Assembly: GCA_045639725.1 (NCBI GenBank)
Contig: JAZUDR010000328.1
Span: 1 to 52,257 of the forward strand
DNA length: 52,257 bases
From: Candidatus Avigastranaerophilus sp.
GTDB taxonomy: Bacteria > Muiribacteriota > Ozemobacteria > Ozemobacterales > Ozemobacteraceae
Direction of reading: 5' to 3'
The position numbers and the translations under genes were made by a program. Shown one piece after another: positions 42,643 to 50,817 of this stretch (positions are counted from its first letter, which is position 1; every line of letters starts with the position of its first letter). The notes under the pieces were generated by a model. That model saw only the letters and a list, made by a program, of their open reading frames with translations. It did not search any database and was not told the origin of the DNA.

Positions 42643-45027
42643 TTATCTTTCTGGTTCTGTGTAACCAAGTGCTGTCTTGGTAAATACATAACCCTTCAGG
42701 ACCTGTTTGATGGCATTTTCCTGTTGAGGTGCCTGAGAACACATCTTCAAGGTTAAATCCATAGCGTTGAAGGCTTCCTGAGGCCTGTTGGTGTAATTAT
42801 AGCAATAGGCAAGAAGTATGCTGGCTTCTACGTCTACAGGTGAAATATCAAGAGCTTTTTCCAATACGACAATGGCTTCATCAAACTGGTGAAGCTGCAT
42901 GTGAAGAGCTGCAAGTTTCTGGTAAATAACAGGGTTACGAGGTGAAAGATCTGCAGCTCTTGTCAAAAGCTTAATACTGTCACTGTATTTGCCTGCAATC
43001 TGATAAATCTGAGCAAGAAGCAGGTATGCGCCAAGAATCTTCGGATAAATGCTAAGAGCCTTAACAAGATACTGGAGAGAGGTTTCGTATTTACGTGCGC
43101 AGAAATAAATAGTTCCGAGGTTGAAGAGTGCTTTAACGATGTTAGGATTAACTTCAAGAGCGTCCTTATACAATCTTGCAGCTTCGTTATTGCGCTTAAG
43201 CATGAACAGCATGTTAGCATGTGCAAGCAGTGCTTTGACATGTTTCGGTGATTTCAGATGGATAGCATTGAATATTTCTTCTGCTTCGTCATATTCCTTG
43301 TTAGCAATGTAATCGGCTGCCTGTGTAAGTTCTTCGGCAAAGCTGTTATCGGGAAGAATTTCATTACTGATAAGAACAGTCTTCGGAGCTTCGTCCTGGC
43401 TCTGGTCAATCGGTGAATCTTCTTTGGTTGCTTCACGGGTTGCTGGAAGCTGTTGCGGCTTAGCTGGTTCTATGGCAGCTTTTGTTTCAGGAGCACTAGC
43501 TTCTGGTGCAACTTCTGCAGTTTCTTCTGCATTGAGCTTGTTGATTTCATCAGGATTTTCAATCAGTTCAGCAATGATATTGTTGATTGAATCTGACATC
43601 TGGTCATCGTTGCTGATTTCCTTACCGATTTCGCCTAGAACGAAGGTTGCAGATTGGATAAGCTTCTTGTCGTTGCTCTTAAAGAAGCCGCGAAGATTAT
43701 CTAATACAGAATATTCACCCCAGATCCAGAGGGTTCTGATGGCAGTGCTCTTTACACGGTTGTCATCATGGCTCAGTAAATATTTGAGGCGGCCTAAGAG
43801 TGAATTGTCAGGCTTTTTGCAAAGCTTAACAAGTGCGTCAATAGTATTGGAAATAACACGTGGGTCTTCGCTGCTAAGGTAATTAGATATTACTGGAACA
43901 GCTTCTTCCTTGCCAAGCTGACCTAAGCAGGAAATACATGTTGCCTGAACAATGTGGTTTTCTTCATTGGGAAGGTGATTAGCGATGTGTTCGTAAGCAA
44001 CACCGGGAGCACATCTTGTTAATGACTGAATTGCTTCAACACGGACGTCGAAGTTGGGGTCATTAAGCATTGGAATAAGGTTTGGTGTTGCTTCAGAGAG
44101 TTCTATCTTTCTGATTGCATTTGCTGCATTTCTTCTAACATCGGAATCTTCATCCTTAAGGGCTCTTGAAAGAAGGTGGATGAACTTCGGATCATTGATT
44201 TCACCAATTGCATAGGCTGCAGATGCACGATACCATTTGTCACCATGCTCAAGCATTTCAGTGAGAGTTTCGGTAACGTCGAAATCGCCATATTTCCAGA
44301 TGGCCTTTGCAACATTTGCTCTGACACGATTGTTGGGGTCTTCAAGGTAAGGCTGAAGAATACCAACAATAGAACCTGATTTTATACCTTCAATAGCTTC
44401 GATTGCATTTGCTCTGACACGGGGGTCTTCATCGCGAAGTGCACCCTGGAAAACAGGCATGAGCTTGTCGCTGGCCATCATTCCTAAAGCCATAATAACA
44501 GAAGCTCTGATACGGGCATTCTTTTCATTGGCATAAAGTCGCTTTAAAAGACTGTTAGCCATCCAGTTCTTAATTTTGCCGAGAGCAATGATTGCGCCAA
44601 TAATGGAATCTTCTTCAAAGAAGATAAGGGCATCGTCTACGATGTTTTCCTTGTCTGCAGAGTGGAGATTCGAATCAATATAATTGTTGAGGGCTTCCAT
44701 CAGGATGTCGAATGCTTCAGGATTTTCCATCATACCCAAAGCGCGGGCGGCATTGAAACGAACTTCCTGACTCGGATCTTTGAGCGCGTTAATTAAAAGC
44801 TTTACTGATTTGCTGGAATCAATGTTGCCAAGTGCAAGGGCCATAAAGTCCTGCATATTGTCACTTTCATAGGTTTCAAGCAAAAAGTCTGTGGCTTTTT
44901 CGCCCTTGAATTTTGAGAGAGCGATAGCTGATTCACGGCGCTGGTTATAATCACCAGCTAAAAAGTTGTGTATAAGCTTTGCTAATAATGGTTTTATATT
45001 GTTAACAACAATCTGATTGGCTTCCAT
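42643..45027 (-). CDS. HEAT (PBS-lyase-like) repeat + C-terminal TPR protein, paralogue A (794 aa)
   Basis: Repeated D-x-(D/N)-x-x-VR-x-x-A-x-x-A-L/I-G units (DPSQEVRFNAARALG, DEDPRVRANAIEAIE, DPNNRVRANVAKAIW, DEDSDVRRNAANAIR, DPNFDVRVEAIQSL). A Pro/Glu/Ala-rich linker is followed by about six TPR units. AGAGGG Shine-Dalgarno sequence. Confidence 0.8.
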   Translation of the reverse strand: MEANQIVVNNIKPLLAKLIHNFLAGDYNQRRESAIALSKFKGEKATDFLLETYESDNMQDFMALALGNIDSSKSVKLLINALKDPSQEVRFNAARALGMMENPEAFDILMEALNNYIDSNLHSADKENIVDDALIFFEEDSIIGAIIALGKIKNWMANSLLKRLYANEKNARIRASVIMALGMMASDKLMPVFQGALRDEDPRVRANAIEAIEGIKSGSIVGILQPYLEDPNNRVRANVAKAIWKYGDFDVTETLTEMLEHGDKWYRASAAYAIGEINDPKFIHLLSRALKDEDSDVRRNAANAIRKIELSEATPNLIPMLNDPNFDVRVEAIQSLTRCAPGVAYEHIANHLPNEENHIVQATCISCLGQLGKEEAVPVISNYLSSEDPRVISNTIDALVKLCKKPDNSLLGRLKYLLSHDDNRVKSTAIRTLWIWGEYSVLDNLRGFFKSNDKKLIQSATFVLGEIGKEISNDDQMSDSINNIIAELIENPDEINKLNAEETAEVAPEASAPETKAAIEPAKPQQLPATREATKEDSPIDQSQDEAPKTVLISNEILPDNSFAEELTQAADYIANKEYDEAEEIFNAIHLKSPKHVKALLAHANMLFMLKRNNEAARLYKDALEVNPNIVKALFNLGTIYFCARKYETSLQYLVKALSIYPKILGAYLLLAQIYQIAGKYSDSIKLLTRAADLSPRNPVIYQKLAALHMQLHQFDEAIVVLEKALDISPVDVEASILLAYCYNYTNRPQEAFNAMDLTLKMCSQAPQQENAIKQVLKGYVFTKTALGYTEPER

Positions 45028-45259
45028 GAAGATACCCTCTTATTACTTGGTGCAACTAATATATCAAAGATTTAGCTAGTAATAAAGAACTACTTTGTGA
45101 ATAATTCTAAAGTAATTAATTAAATTTACTTAATCTGAATGTTTGATAAAAGACTGCATAAATAATCGGCTATAGATAATAAGATTATTAGAGGTCTTCG
45201 GCTTGGTTTTATGCTTTTTATAAGGTTGTTTTCAGTTTGTTTTTTTTGCCGGGAAAGTA

Positions 45260-45268
45260 TGCTATACT
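45260..45268 (+). promoter_or_regulatory. Extended -10 promoter (TGCTATACT) exactly 6 nt upstream of the pilT-1 ATG: leaderless candidate
   Basis: TGC+TATACT, AATTCT, then ATG 45275. Confidence 0.45.
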
Positions 45269-45274
45269 AATTCT

Positions 45275-46366
45275 ATGGCAGACGAAAAAAGCTTATATAG
45301 ATTATTAAAACTTACATTTGACCAGAACGCATCAGACTTGCATCTGAAGGTCGGTAAAATTGCGTGTATCCGCGTCGACGGGCATATTACACCTGTTGAA
45401 GGTTATAAGTTCAGTAAAAATGATTTCGAAAAAATCATCGAAGCTTTGCTGAATCCTGAACAGGAAGCGCAGTTCCGCAAAAATCATGAGCTTGACTTTG
45501 CTTACACCCTTGAAGGTGTTTGCCGCTTCAGAGTAAATCTTTATACTGATTTAAACGGTCCGGGTGCTGTGTTCAGAGTTATTCCATACCGTGTTATGGA
45601 TTTTGATGAGATAGGGTTGCCCAATGCTGCCCGAAGGCTGATTGAGCAGCCAAATGGTCTGATTCTCATTACCGGCCCCACAGGCGCTGGCAAGACTTCG
45701 ACTCTGGCAAGCTATTTGAGTTACGTAAATCAGAATGCAAAGCGTCACATTGTGACTCTTGAAGACCCGATTGAATACCAGTTTGAAGATCAGTTGTCTT
45801 TTTTCAATCAGCGCCAGGTTGGTGTTGACTGCAGAAGTTTCTATGAAGGTCTTTTAACAGTATTGCGACAGGACCCAGACATTGTTGTCGTAGGTGAAAT
45901 GCGTGACCCGGAAACGATTTCATTGACTCTAAATGCTGCAGAAACTGGGAAACTTGTTATCGCAACTTTGCATACCAATTCCGCTGTTGCAACTGCTGAA
46001 CGTATTGTTAATGTTTTCCCGGAAGACAGACACAATCAGATTCTTTTGCAGCTTTCTATGGTATTGCGCGGCGTTGTTTCCCAGACTTTGCTCAGAAGAA
46101 CAAATGGCGGTCGTGTTGCTGCTTTTGAACTTCTGTTGAATACTTCTGGGGTAAGAAGCCTTATAGCCGAAGGTAAGATCCACATGCTTCCATCTTATCT
46201 TGAAACAGGTGGCGAAACTGGTATGATGACAATGGAAATGTCATTGGCCCAGCTTGTAAAGGATAAGATAGTTACTCCTGAAGAAGCTTTTGCTTCCGCT
46301 CCGAATCCAAATGCTTTGCGTAAGCTTTTAATGCCAAAGCCAATGCAGAGTCAGGTTCAGGGTTAA
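45275..46366 (+). CDS. pilT: Type IV pilus retraction ATPase PilT (copy 1, canonical motifs)
   Basis: ASDLHL N-terminal block, GPTGAGKTST (Walker A), TLEDPIEY (Asp box), DPDIVVVGEMRD (Walker B plus catalytic Glu), ATLHTNSA (His box), GVRSLIAEGK. Confidence 0.9.
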   Translation: MADEKSLYRLLKLTFDQNASDLHLKVGKIACIRVDGHITPVEGYKFSKNDFEKIIEALLNPEQEAQFRKNHELDFAYTLEGVCRFRVNLYTDLNGPGAVFRVIPYRVMDFDEIGLPNAARRLIEQPNGLILITGPTGAGKTSTLASYLSYVNQNAKRHIVTLEDPIEYQFEDQLSFFNQRQVGVDCRSFYEGLLTVLRQDPDIVVVGEMRDPETISLTLNAAETGKLVIATLHTNSAVATAERIVNVFPEDRHNQILLQLSMVLRGVVSQTLLRRTNGGRVAAFELLLNTSGVRSLIAEGKIHMLPSYLETGGETGMMTMEMSLAQLVKDKIVTPEEAFASAPNPNALRKLLMPKPMQSQVQG

Positions 46367-46376
46367 GGAGGATTGA

Positions 46377-47420
46377 ATGCAGACTTTAAAGATACATAGA
46401 TATTTTGACATAGCTATTGAACGTCAAGCCTCTGACCTTCATTTGAAGGCTGGTTCACCACCAATCATCAGAGTCGGAGGTCGTCTTATTACATTAGCCG
46501 AAGAACCTCTTGCCTTCCAGGAAATGCCAAACCTTTTTCTGCCATTGATGGAATTGAAGGACCAGCAGGACCTTAAAACAAGATTTGAAGCTAACTTTAT
46601 GACTGCCTACAAGAGCCGTTTTAGAGTCAGAGCTTGTATATATACACAACGCGGCTGCCTCAGCGGCGCTTTCCGATTTATTCCTCAGAATGTGCCTTCA
46701 ATTGAAAGCTTAGGTCTGCCACCTATTCTGAAGGATATCGCACAGCTCCCGCGCGGTCTTTTCCTTGTTACTGGTCCGGCAAACTCAGGCAAGACTCACA
46801 CTCTTGCTGCAATTATTAACGAAATTAACAAAACCTCGGCCCGTCACGTAATTACTATTGAAGACCCTATAGAATTTGTTTACCGCGAAAAGAAATCTAT
46901 TTTCACCCAGCGCGAAATAGGTGTAACTTCGAATAGCTATTCAAGCGCTCTTATGAACGCTTTGCGCGAAGACCCGGATGTAATTCTCGTTGGTGAAATG
47001 CGCGATGTGGATACGATTGAAATGGTTCTGACTGCCGCGGAAACAGGTCACCTGGTTTTCTCGACTCTGCATACTGTTGGCGCTGTTCAGACCATAGACC
47101 GTATTGTAAATATGTTCCCAGGCCATAGACATGATGAAATCAGAACTCAGTTGTCTATGTCACTCATAGGAATTATTTCGCAGATATTGCTACCAAGCCT
47201 CCATAAAAAGGAACGCGTAATGGCACACGAAATAATGATTATGAACTCAGCAATGAGAAATCAGGTAAGAGAAAAGAAAACAAATCAGCTTAAGTCTGCC
47301 TTGATGCTTGCACGTAAGGACGGTTGCAAGACCTTGAAGGACTCTTTGTCTGAAATCCTAAAAGATGAACGCGTTGATCCAAAGCTTATCGCTAACATCA
47401 TGAGAGAAATTGTAGAATGA
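46377..47420 (+). CDS. PilT/PilU-family ATPase (copy 2, canonical motifs)
   Basis: GPANSGKTHT, TIEDPIEF, DPDVILVGEMRD and STLHTVGA. AAGGAGG Shine-Dalgarno sequence; start lies 10 nt after the pilT-1 stop. Confidence 0.85.
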   Translation: MQTLKIHRYFDIAIERQASDLHLKAGSPPIIRVGGRLITLAEEPLAFQEMPNLFLPLMELKDQQDLKTRFEANFMTAYKSRFRVRACIYTQRGCLSGAFRFIPQNVPSIESLGLPPILKDIAQLPRGLFLVTGPANSGKTHTLAAIINEINKTSARHVITIEDPIEFVYREKKSIFTQREIGVTSNSYSSALMNALREDPDVILVGEMRDVDTIEMVLTAAETGHLVFSTLHTVGAVQTIDRIVNMFPGHRHDEIRTQLSMSLIGIISQILLPSLHKKERVMAHEIMIMNSAMRNQVREKKTNQLKSALMLARKDGCKTLKDSLSEILKDERVDPKLIANIMREIVE

Positions 47421-49576
47421 CGAAGCAACAACAAAACGAAGATATTGAAGCATTTAGATATGTAAAAGCTGGTAGAAGGCTGATGAAGCCTATTACAGAT
47501 AAGCTTGAAGCACTCGTTAAGAACGAGGATATATCTGACGAACTAAGGTTTGAAGCATTGATAAGTCTTGGTAAAATTGGCGATAACGAATCTTTGCCGA
47601 CTTTGACAAGAATTTTCAATGAATATCCAGACTACTTGGAACCTATTACTGCCTTAGGGCATTATAAGAGCAGCACTCCTGTTTCAAAGCTTATCGAACG
47701 ACTTCAGGACCCCGATTCCCTCTATAAGGAAGAAATCGTCAGAGTTTTGGGTGAAATCGGTGACCCGATGGCTACTAAGACTTTGATGGAGCTCCTTCAT
47801 GATGAAGACAGAATGGTTCGCTATTATTCTGCCAGAGCTCTTTACAAAATGGGTGGCCGCGATGTTGTTCAGGCTCTTTGCAGCTTGCTTAATGACCCAG
47901 ACGAATGGATTGTTATTAACGTTCTTGAAATTCTTTCCAAAATGAAGGACCCGGATGCTATACCAGCTTTGGTAGGGCAGTTTGAAGTAATCAGGGACTC
48001 ACGTCTTAAGGCTATTATCATTTCGTCTCTTGCTAATTTCGCTGAAAGCAAGCTTCTTAAGACCTTTGAAAGCGCTTTGGATTCATTTGATTCACGTATT
48101 CAGGCTAATGCCGTTGAAGCTATTTCAATGCTCAAGATACCTGGCCCAGAAATGAAAAGAAAGCTTAAACGCTTCTACGGTCATCCAAATAACAGAGTCA
48201 GGGCAAATATGTGTATTGCTCTGGCTAATGCTGATACAAAAGCCGTTTTTGAAGAAATAGGCTGTATGCTTGTAAGCCGTGATGCTTCCACAAGACGTTC
48301 TGCTGCTTATGTTCTTGCGAGAATTGATTGTGAAAAGAGAAGCGAATATATTCATACTTTGCTTGAAGATGAAAACTTTGGTGTCAGAAAGATGGCCCTC
48401 AGAGCAGCTCTGGCATTGGGCGATGCTGTAGGTGTTACAGAAATCAAGCCTTTGCTGAATGATGAAAATCAGTGGGTTCGCCGCGAAGTTGTTGAATGTG
48501 CTCTTGGTATGGACGATTTCCCGAACGACCTGATTCTTGCCCGTTTGAAGAAGGAAGATTGTCCTCCTGTTGTTGAGCTTTTGCTTAAATATGTTGTAGA
48601 CAGGCATTTGTATGAAGCCGTTCCGATGATTTATGAACGCATCAAGAGGGAACCAGAAGAAGAAATGCCGTGGCTCATTTCTGCATTAGGTCACTTGGGT
48701 GCTGTAAAAGAGCTTAATCAGGCTAAGAAATTCCTTAGTGCGGTTAGAGCCAGTGTATTTGTAGAATACTATCAGGCACTTTTGTTGAACGGCGACCTGA
48801 GCATATTCAAAACCATATCTGATAATCTTGATGAAAAGAAACGTGAACAGGAGCTTCTTTCCTGGACAAACGTCGCAGGTGTTCTTGGCAACTTTATTCA
48901 GGATACTAAGTCATATTCAAGAGTTTTACTGGAAGCTCTTGGACGTGAAGTCAAGATTGATATGGGTGAACTAGCAGATGATGCTGTTGCGGGTGCTGTT
49001 GAAAATACAGACGAACTCATGGCTAAGGGGCGTGAATTCTATCTCGTAAAAGACTACAGCCGTGCTTCACAGCATTTTGAAAAGGTTGTTGCTGCCCGAC
49101 CCCATGATCTTGATGCCCGTTATTTGCTGGCAAATTGTTCTTATTACCTTGGTGACGCTAACAGAGCATGTGACCTTCTTGAAAAGATTCTTGTTGCAAA
49201 GCCTTCACATATTGATGCTGGTATTCTGCTTGGTCAGATGTATTTCAGACGTAAGGACTGGAAGCAACTGGCAGACTGCTACAATAAATTGAAGGATTTC
49301 ATCAAAAGTGACGATAAAAAGAATGAAATCAGGGTTTATGGCGCACTGGGGCTTGCATACTTCAATCTGAAGCATTATGAAGAAGCTATAGAAGCTTTGA
49401 ATAGAGGGTTGAAGGCAAATCCCCGTGACCTGTCGTCTTCCTACCACCTGGCTCTATGCTATTATTCTGTTGGTAATGCTGAAAAGGCCAGAACAATTCT
49501 TGAAGGTCTGAGAAAGACCTTGCCGCCTGATAGTCAGGTATTGAAGAACGTTCTCGAGTTGCTGCAGAGGATGTAG
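47417..49576 (+). CDS. HEAT (PBS-lyase-like) repeat + C-terminal TPR protein, paralogue B (719 aa)
   Basis: HDEDRMVRYYSARALY, NDPDEWIVINVLEIL, HPNNRVRANMCIALA, DENFGVRKMALRAAL and NDENQWVRREVVECAL units, then about five TPR units. ATGA overlap with PilT copy 2. Confidence 0.8.
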   Translation: MTKQQQNEDIEAFRYVKAGRRLMKPITDKLEALVKNEDISDELRFEALISLGKIGDNESLPTLTRIFNEYPDYLEPITALGHYKSSTPVSKLIERLQDPDSLYKEEIVRVLGEIGDPMATKTLMELLHDEDRMVRYYSARALYKMGGRDVVQALCSLLNDPDEWIVINVLEILSKMKDPDAIPALVGQFEVIRDSRLKAIIISSLANFAESKLLKTFESALDSFDSRIQANAVEAISMLKIPGPEMKRKLKRFYGHPNNRVRANMCIALANADTKAVFEEIGCMLVSRDASTRRSAAYVLARIDCEKRSEYIHTLLEDENFGVRKMALRAALALGDAVGVTEIKPLLNDENQWVRREVVECALGMDDFPNDLILARLKKEDCPPVVELLLKYVVDRHLYEAVPMIYERIKREPEEEMPWLISALGHLGAVKELNQAKKFLSAVRASVFVEYYQALLLNGDLSIFKTISDNLDEKKREQELLSWTNVAGVLGNFIQDTKSYSRVLLEALGREVKIDMGELADDAVAGAVENTDELMAKGREFYLVKDYSRASQHFEKVVAARPHDLDARYLLANCSYYLGDANRACDLLEKILVAKPSHIDAGILLGQMYFRRKDWKQLADCYNKLKDFIKSDDKKNEIRVYGALGLAYFNLKHYEEAIEALNRGLKANPRDLSSSYHLALCYYSVGNAEKARTILEGLRKTLPPDSQVLKNVLELLQRM

Positions 49577-49578
49577 TT

Positions 49579-49611
49579 GGAAGCAGGAAGCTGGAGAGCA
49601 GGAAGCAGGAC
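49579..49611. repeat. Short heptanucleotide block GGAAGCN x~5
   Basis: GGAAGCA GGAAGCT GGAGAGCA GGAAGCA GGAC. Starts 3 nt after the stop at 49576. Confidence 0.6.
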
Positions 49612-49650
49612 ATTATTATATACGAAGCAAGTATAATGTTTGTTGCAATA

Positions 49651-49685
49651 GGCTATTGGCTCTTAGCTTTTGGCTGTTGGCCGAG
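49651..49685. repeat. Short heptanucleotide block GGCTNTT x5 (opposite orientation to the AGC-core units)
   Basis: GGCTATT GGCTCTT AGCTTTT GGCTGTT GGCCGAG in 7-bp phase. A third short block, GGAAGCA GGAGAGC TTAGAGC, lies at 49701..49721. Confidence 0.55.
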
Positions 49686-49759
49686 AACAAGCAGGCCGAC
49701 GGAAGCAGGAGAGCTTAGAGCTTATTTATGAAAAATTACTAATGAAGAAAGGGTTTTTG

Positions 49760-50806
49760 ATGTCTGAATTAGTTAAAATATGGGACTTGGTTAAGGCAAA
49801 GAAGCCTTCTGATATTCATTTGTCTCCGAATCAGAGGGTATATTACAGAGTAAATGGTGTGCTTGAAAAGCTTGATACCATTGTTACAGAAGACCAGATT
49901 AAGAAAATTATCCTGGCCACTAGCACTCCTAAGGCTAGAGAAATACTTGGTCATCAGCGCCAGGTTACTTATGCTGAAAATGTAGATGGCATCGGTCGTT
50001 TGAGATTCTCCGCTTTCTTTGAACGTGGCCGTTTTGCTATTTCTCTTCGCGTTATTGAAGATAGCTTTATGGAACTTGAAGACCTTGGAATCAATGAAAT
50101 GCAGAAAAAGGCTCTTTTCCAGCAGTCAGGTCTTGTGCTTGTAGGTAGCCCGTCCTGTGAAGGCAAATCTACAACAATTGCCTCTATTCTGAATTACATG
50201 AACCATAACTTCCAGAAGAGCATTTATACCATTGAAAACCCTGTAGAATTTGTATATCAGGATGATAAGGCAGCCTTCATACAGCGCAGTATTCCAGTAG
50301 ATATTTCCAACTTCTATAATGGTCTTTGTGAAGCTTACCGCGTAGACCCGGATGTAGTTGTTACTGACTCAGTTGTTTATGCTGACGCACTCGATCAAGC
50401 CCTTACCCTTGCTGAATCCGGGTGCTTGGTAATTGCTTCAACTGACGGTGGTGACTGCCTCCAGATTATTGAAAGACTTACAGGTCTCAGAGTTCCTGAA
50501 GAACGTGAAAATCTTAGACAGAGAATTGCTAACCAGCTCAGAATGATTATAAGCCAGAGACTTGTGCCTACGATTAATAACGAAAGCCGTAAGCCGATTT
50601 TCGATATTATGATAAACACTGTTCAGATGAAGGACCTCATCAAGAAGAACAATGTCAGCATGTTCAGAACAATTCAGAGCCAGAAGGAAGCAGATGGTAT
50701 GCGGACTTTTGACAAGCAGCTTCAGAACCTTGTTGGTAAGAAGATTATTTCTATGAAGACTGCCATTGAATTTGCAATTGATAAGAACAAGTTTGTTGCT
50801 ATATAA
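49760..50806 (+). CDS. PilT-family protein with degenerate catalytic motifs (copy 3, 348 aa)
   Basis: PSDIHL N-terminal block and PilT-like length. The motifs are altered: VGSPSCEGKST (first P-loop Gly lost), TIENPVEF (Asp to Asn), DPDVVVTDSVVYAD (no GEMRD) and ASTDGGDC in place of TLHT. GAAAGGG Shine-Dalgarno sequence lies 6 nt before ATG 49760. The track start 49670 lies inside the repeat block. Confidence 0.75.
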   Translation: MSELVKIWDLVKAKKPSDIHLSPNQRVYYRVNGVLEKLDTIVTEDQIKKIILATSTPKAREILGHQRQVTYAENVDGIGRLRFSAFFERGRFAISLRVIEDSFMELEDLGINEMQKKALFQQSGLVLVGSPSCEGKSTTIASILNYMNHNFQKSIYTIENPVEFVYQDDKAAFIQRSIPVDISNFYNGLCEAYRVDPDVVVTDSVVYADALDQALTLAESGCLVIASTDGGDCLQIIERLTGLRVPEERENLRQRIANQLRMIISQRLVPTINNESRKPIFDIMINTVQMKDLIKKNNVSMFRTIQSQKEADGMRTFDKQLQNLVGKKIISMKTAIEFAIDKNKFVAI

Positions 50807-50817
50807 GAGGTGAAGCC

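Noticed and set aside
48125-48607. A 160-aa minus-strand ORF.
   Set aside because: It lies antisense inside the HEAT/TPR paralogue B gene and has no recognisable motifs or start signals.
49670-49759. The upstream extension of PilT copy 3 (track start 49670, or ATG 49742).
   Set aside because: The 49670 start lies inside the heptamer block. ATG 49760 has a GAAAGGG Shine-Dalgarno sequence at the correct distance, and it gives the same distance to the xD(L/I)HL block as in the other three copies.
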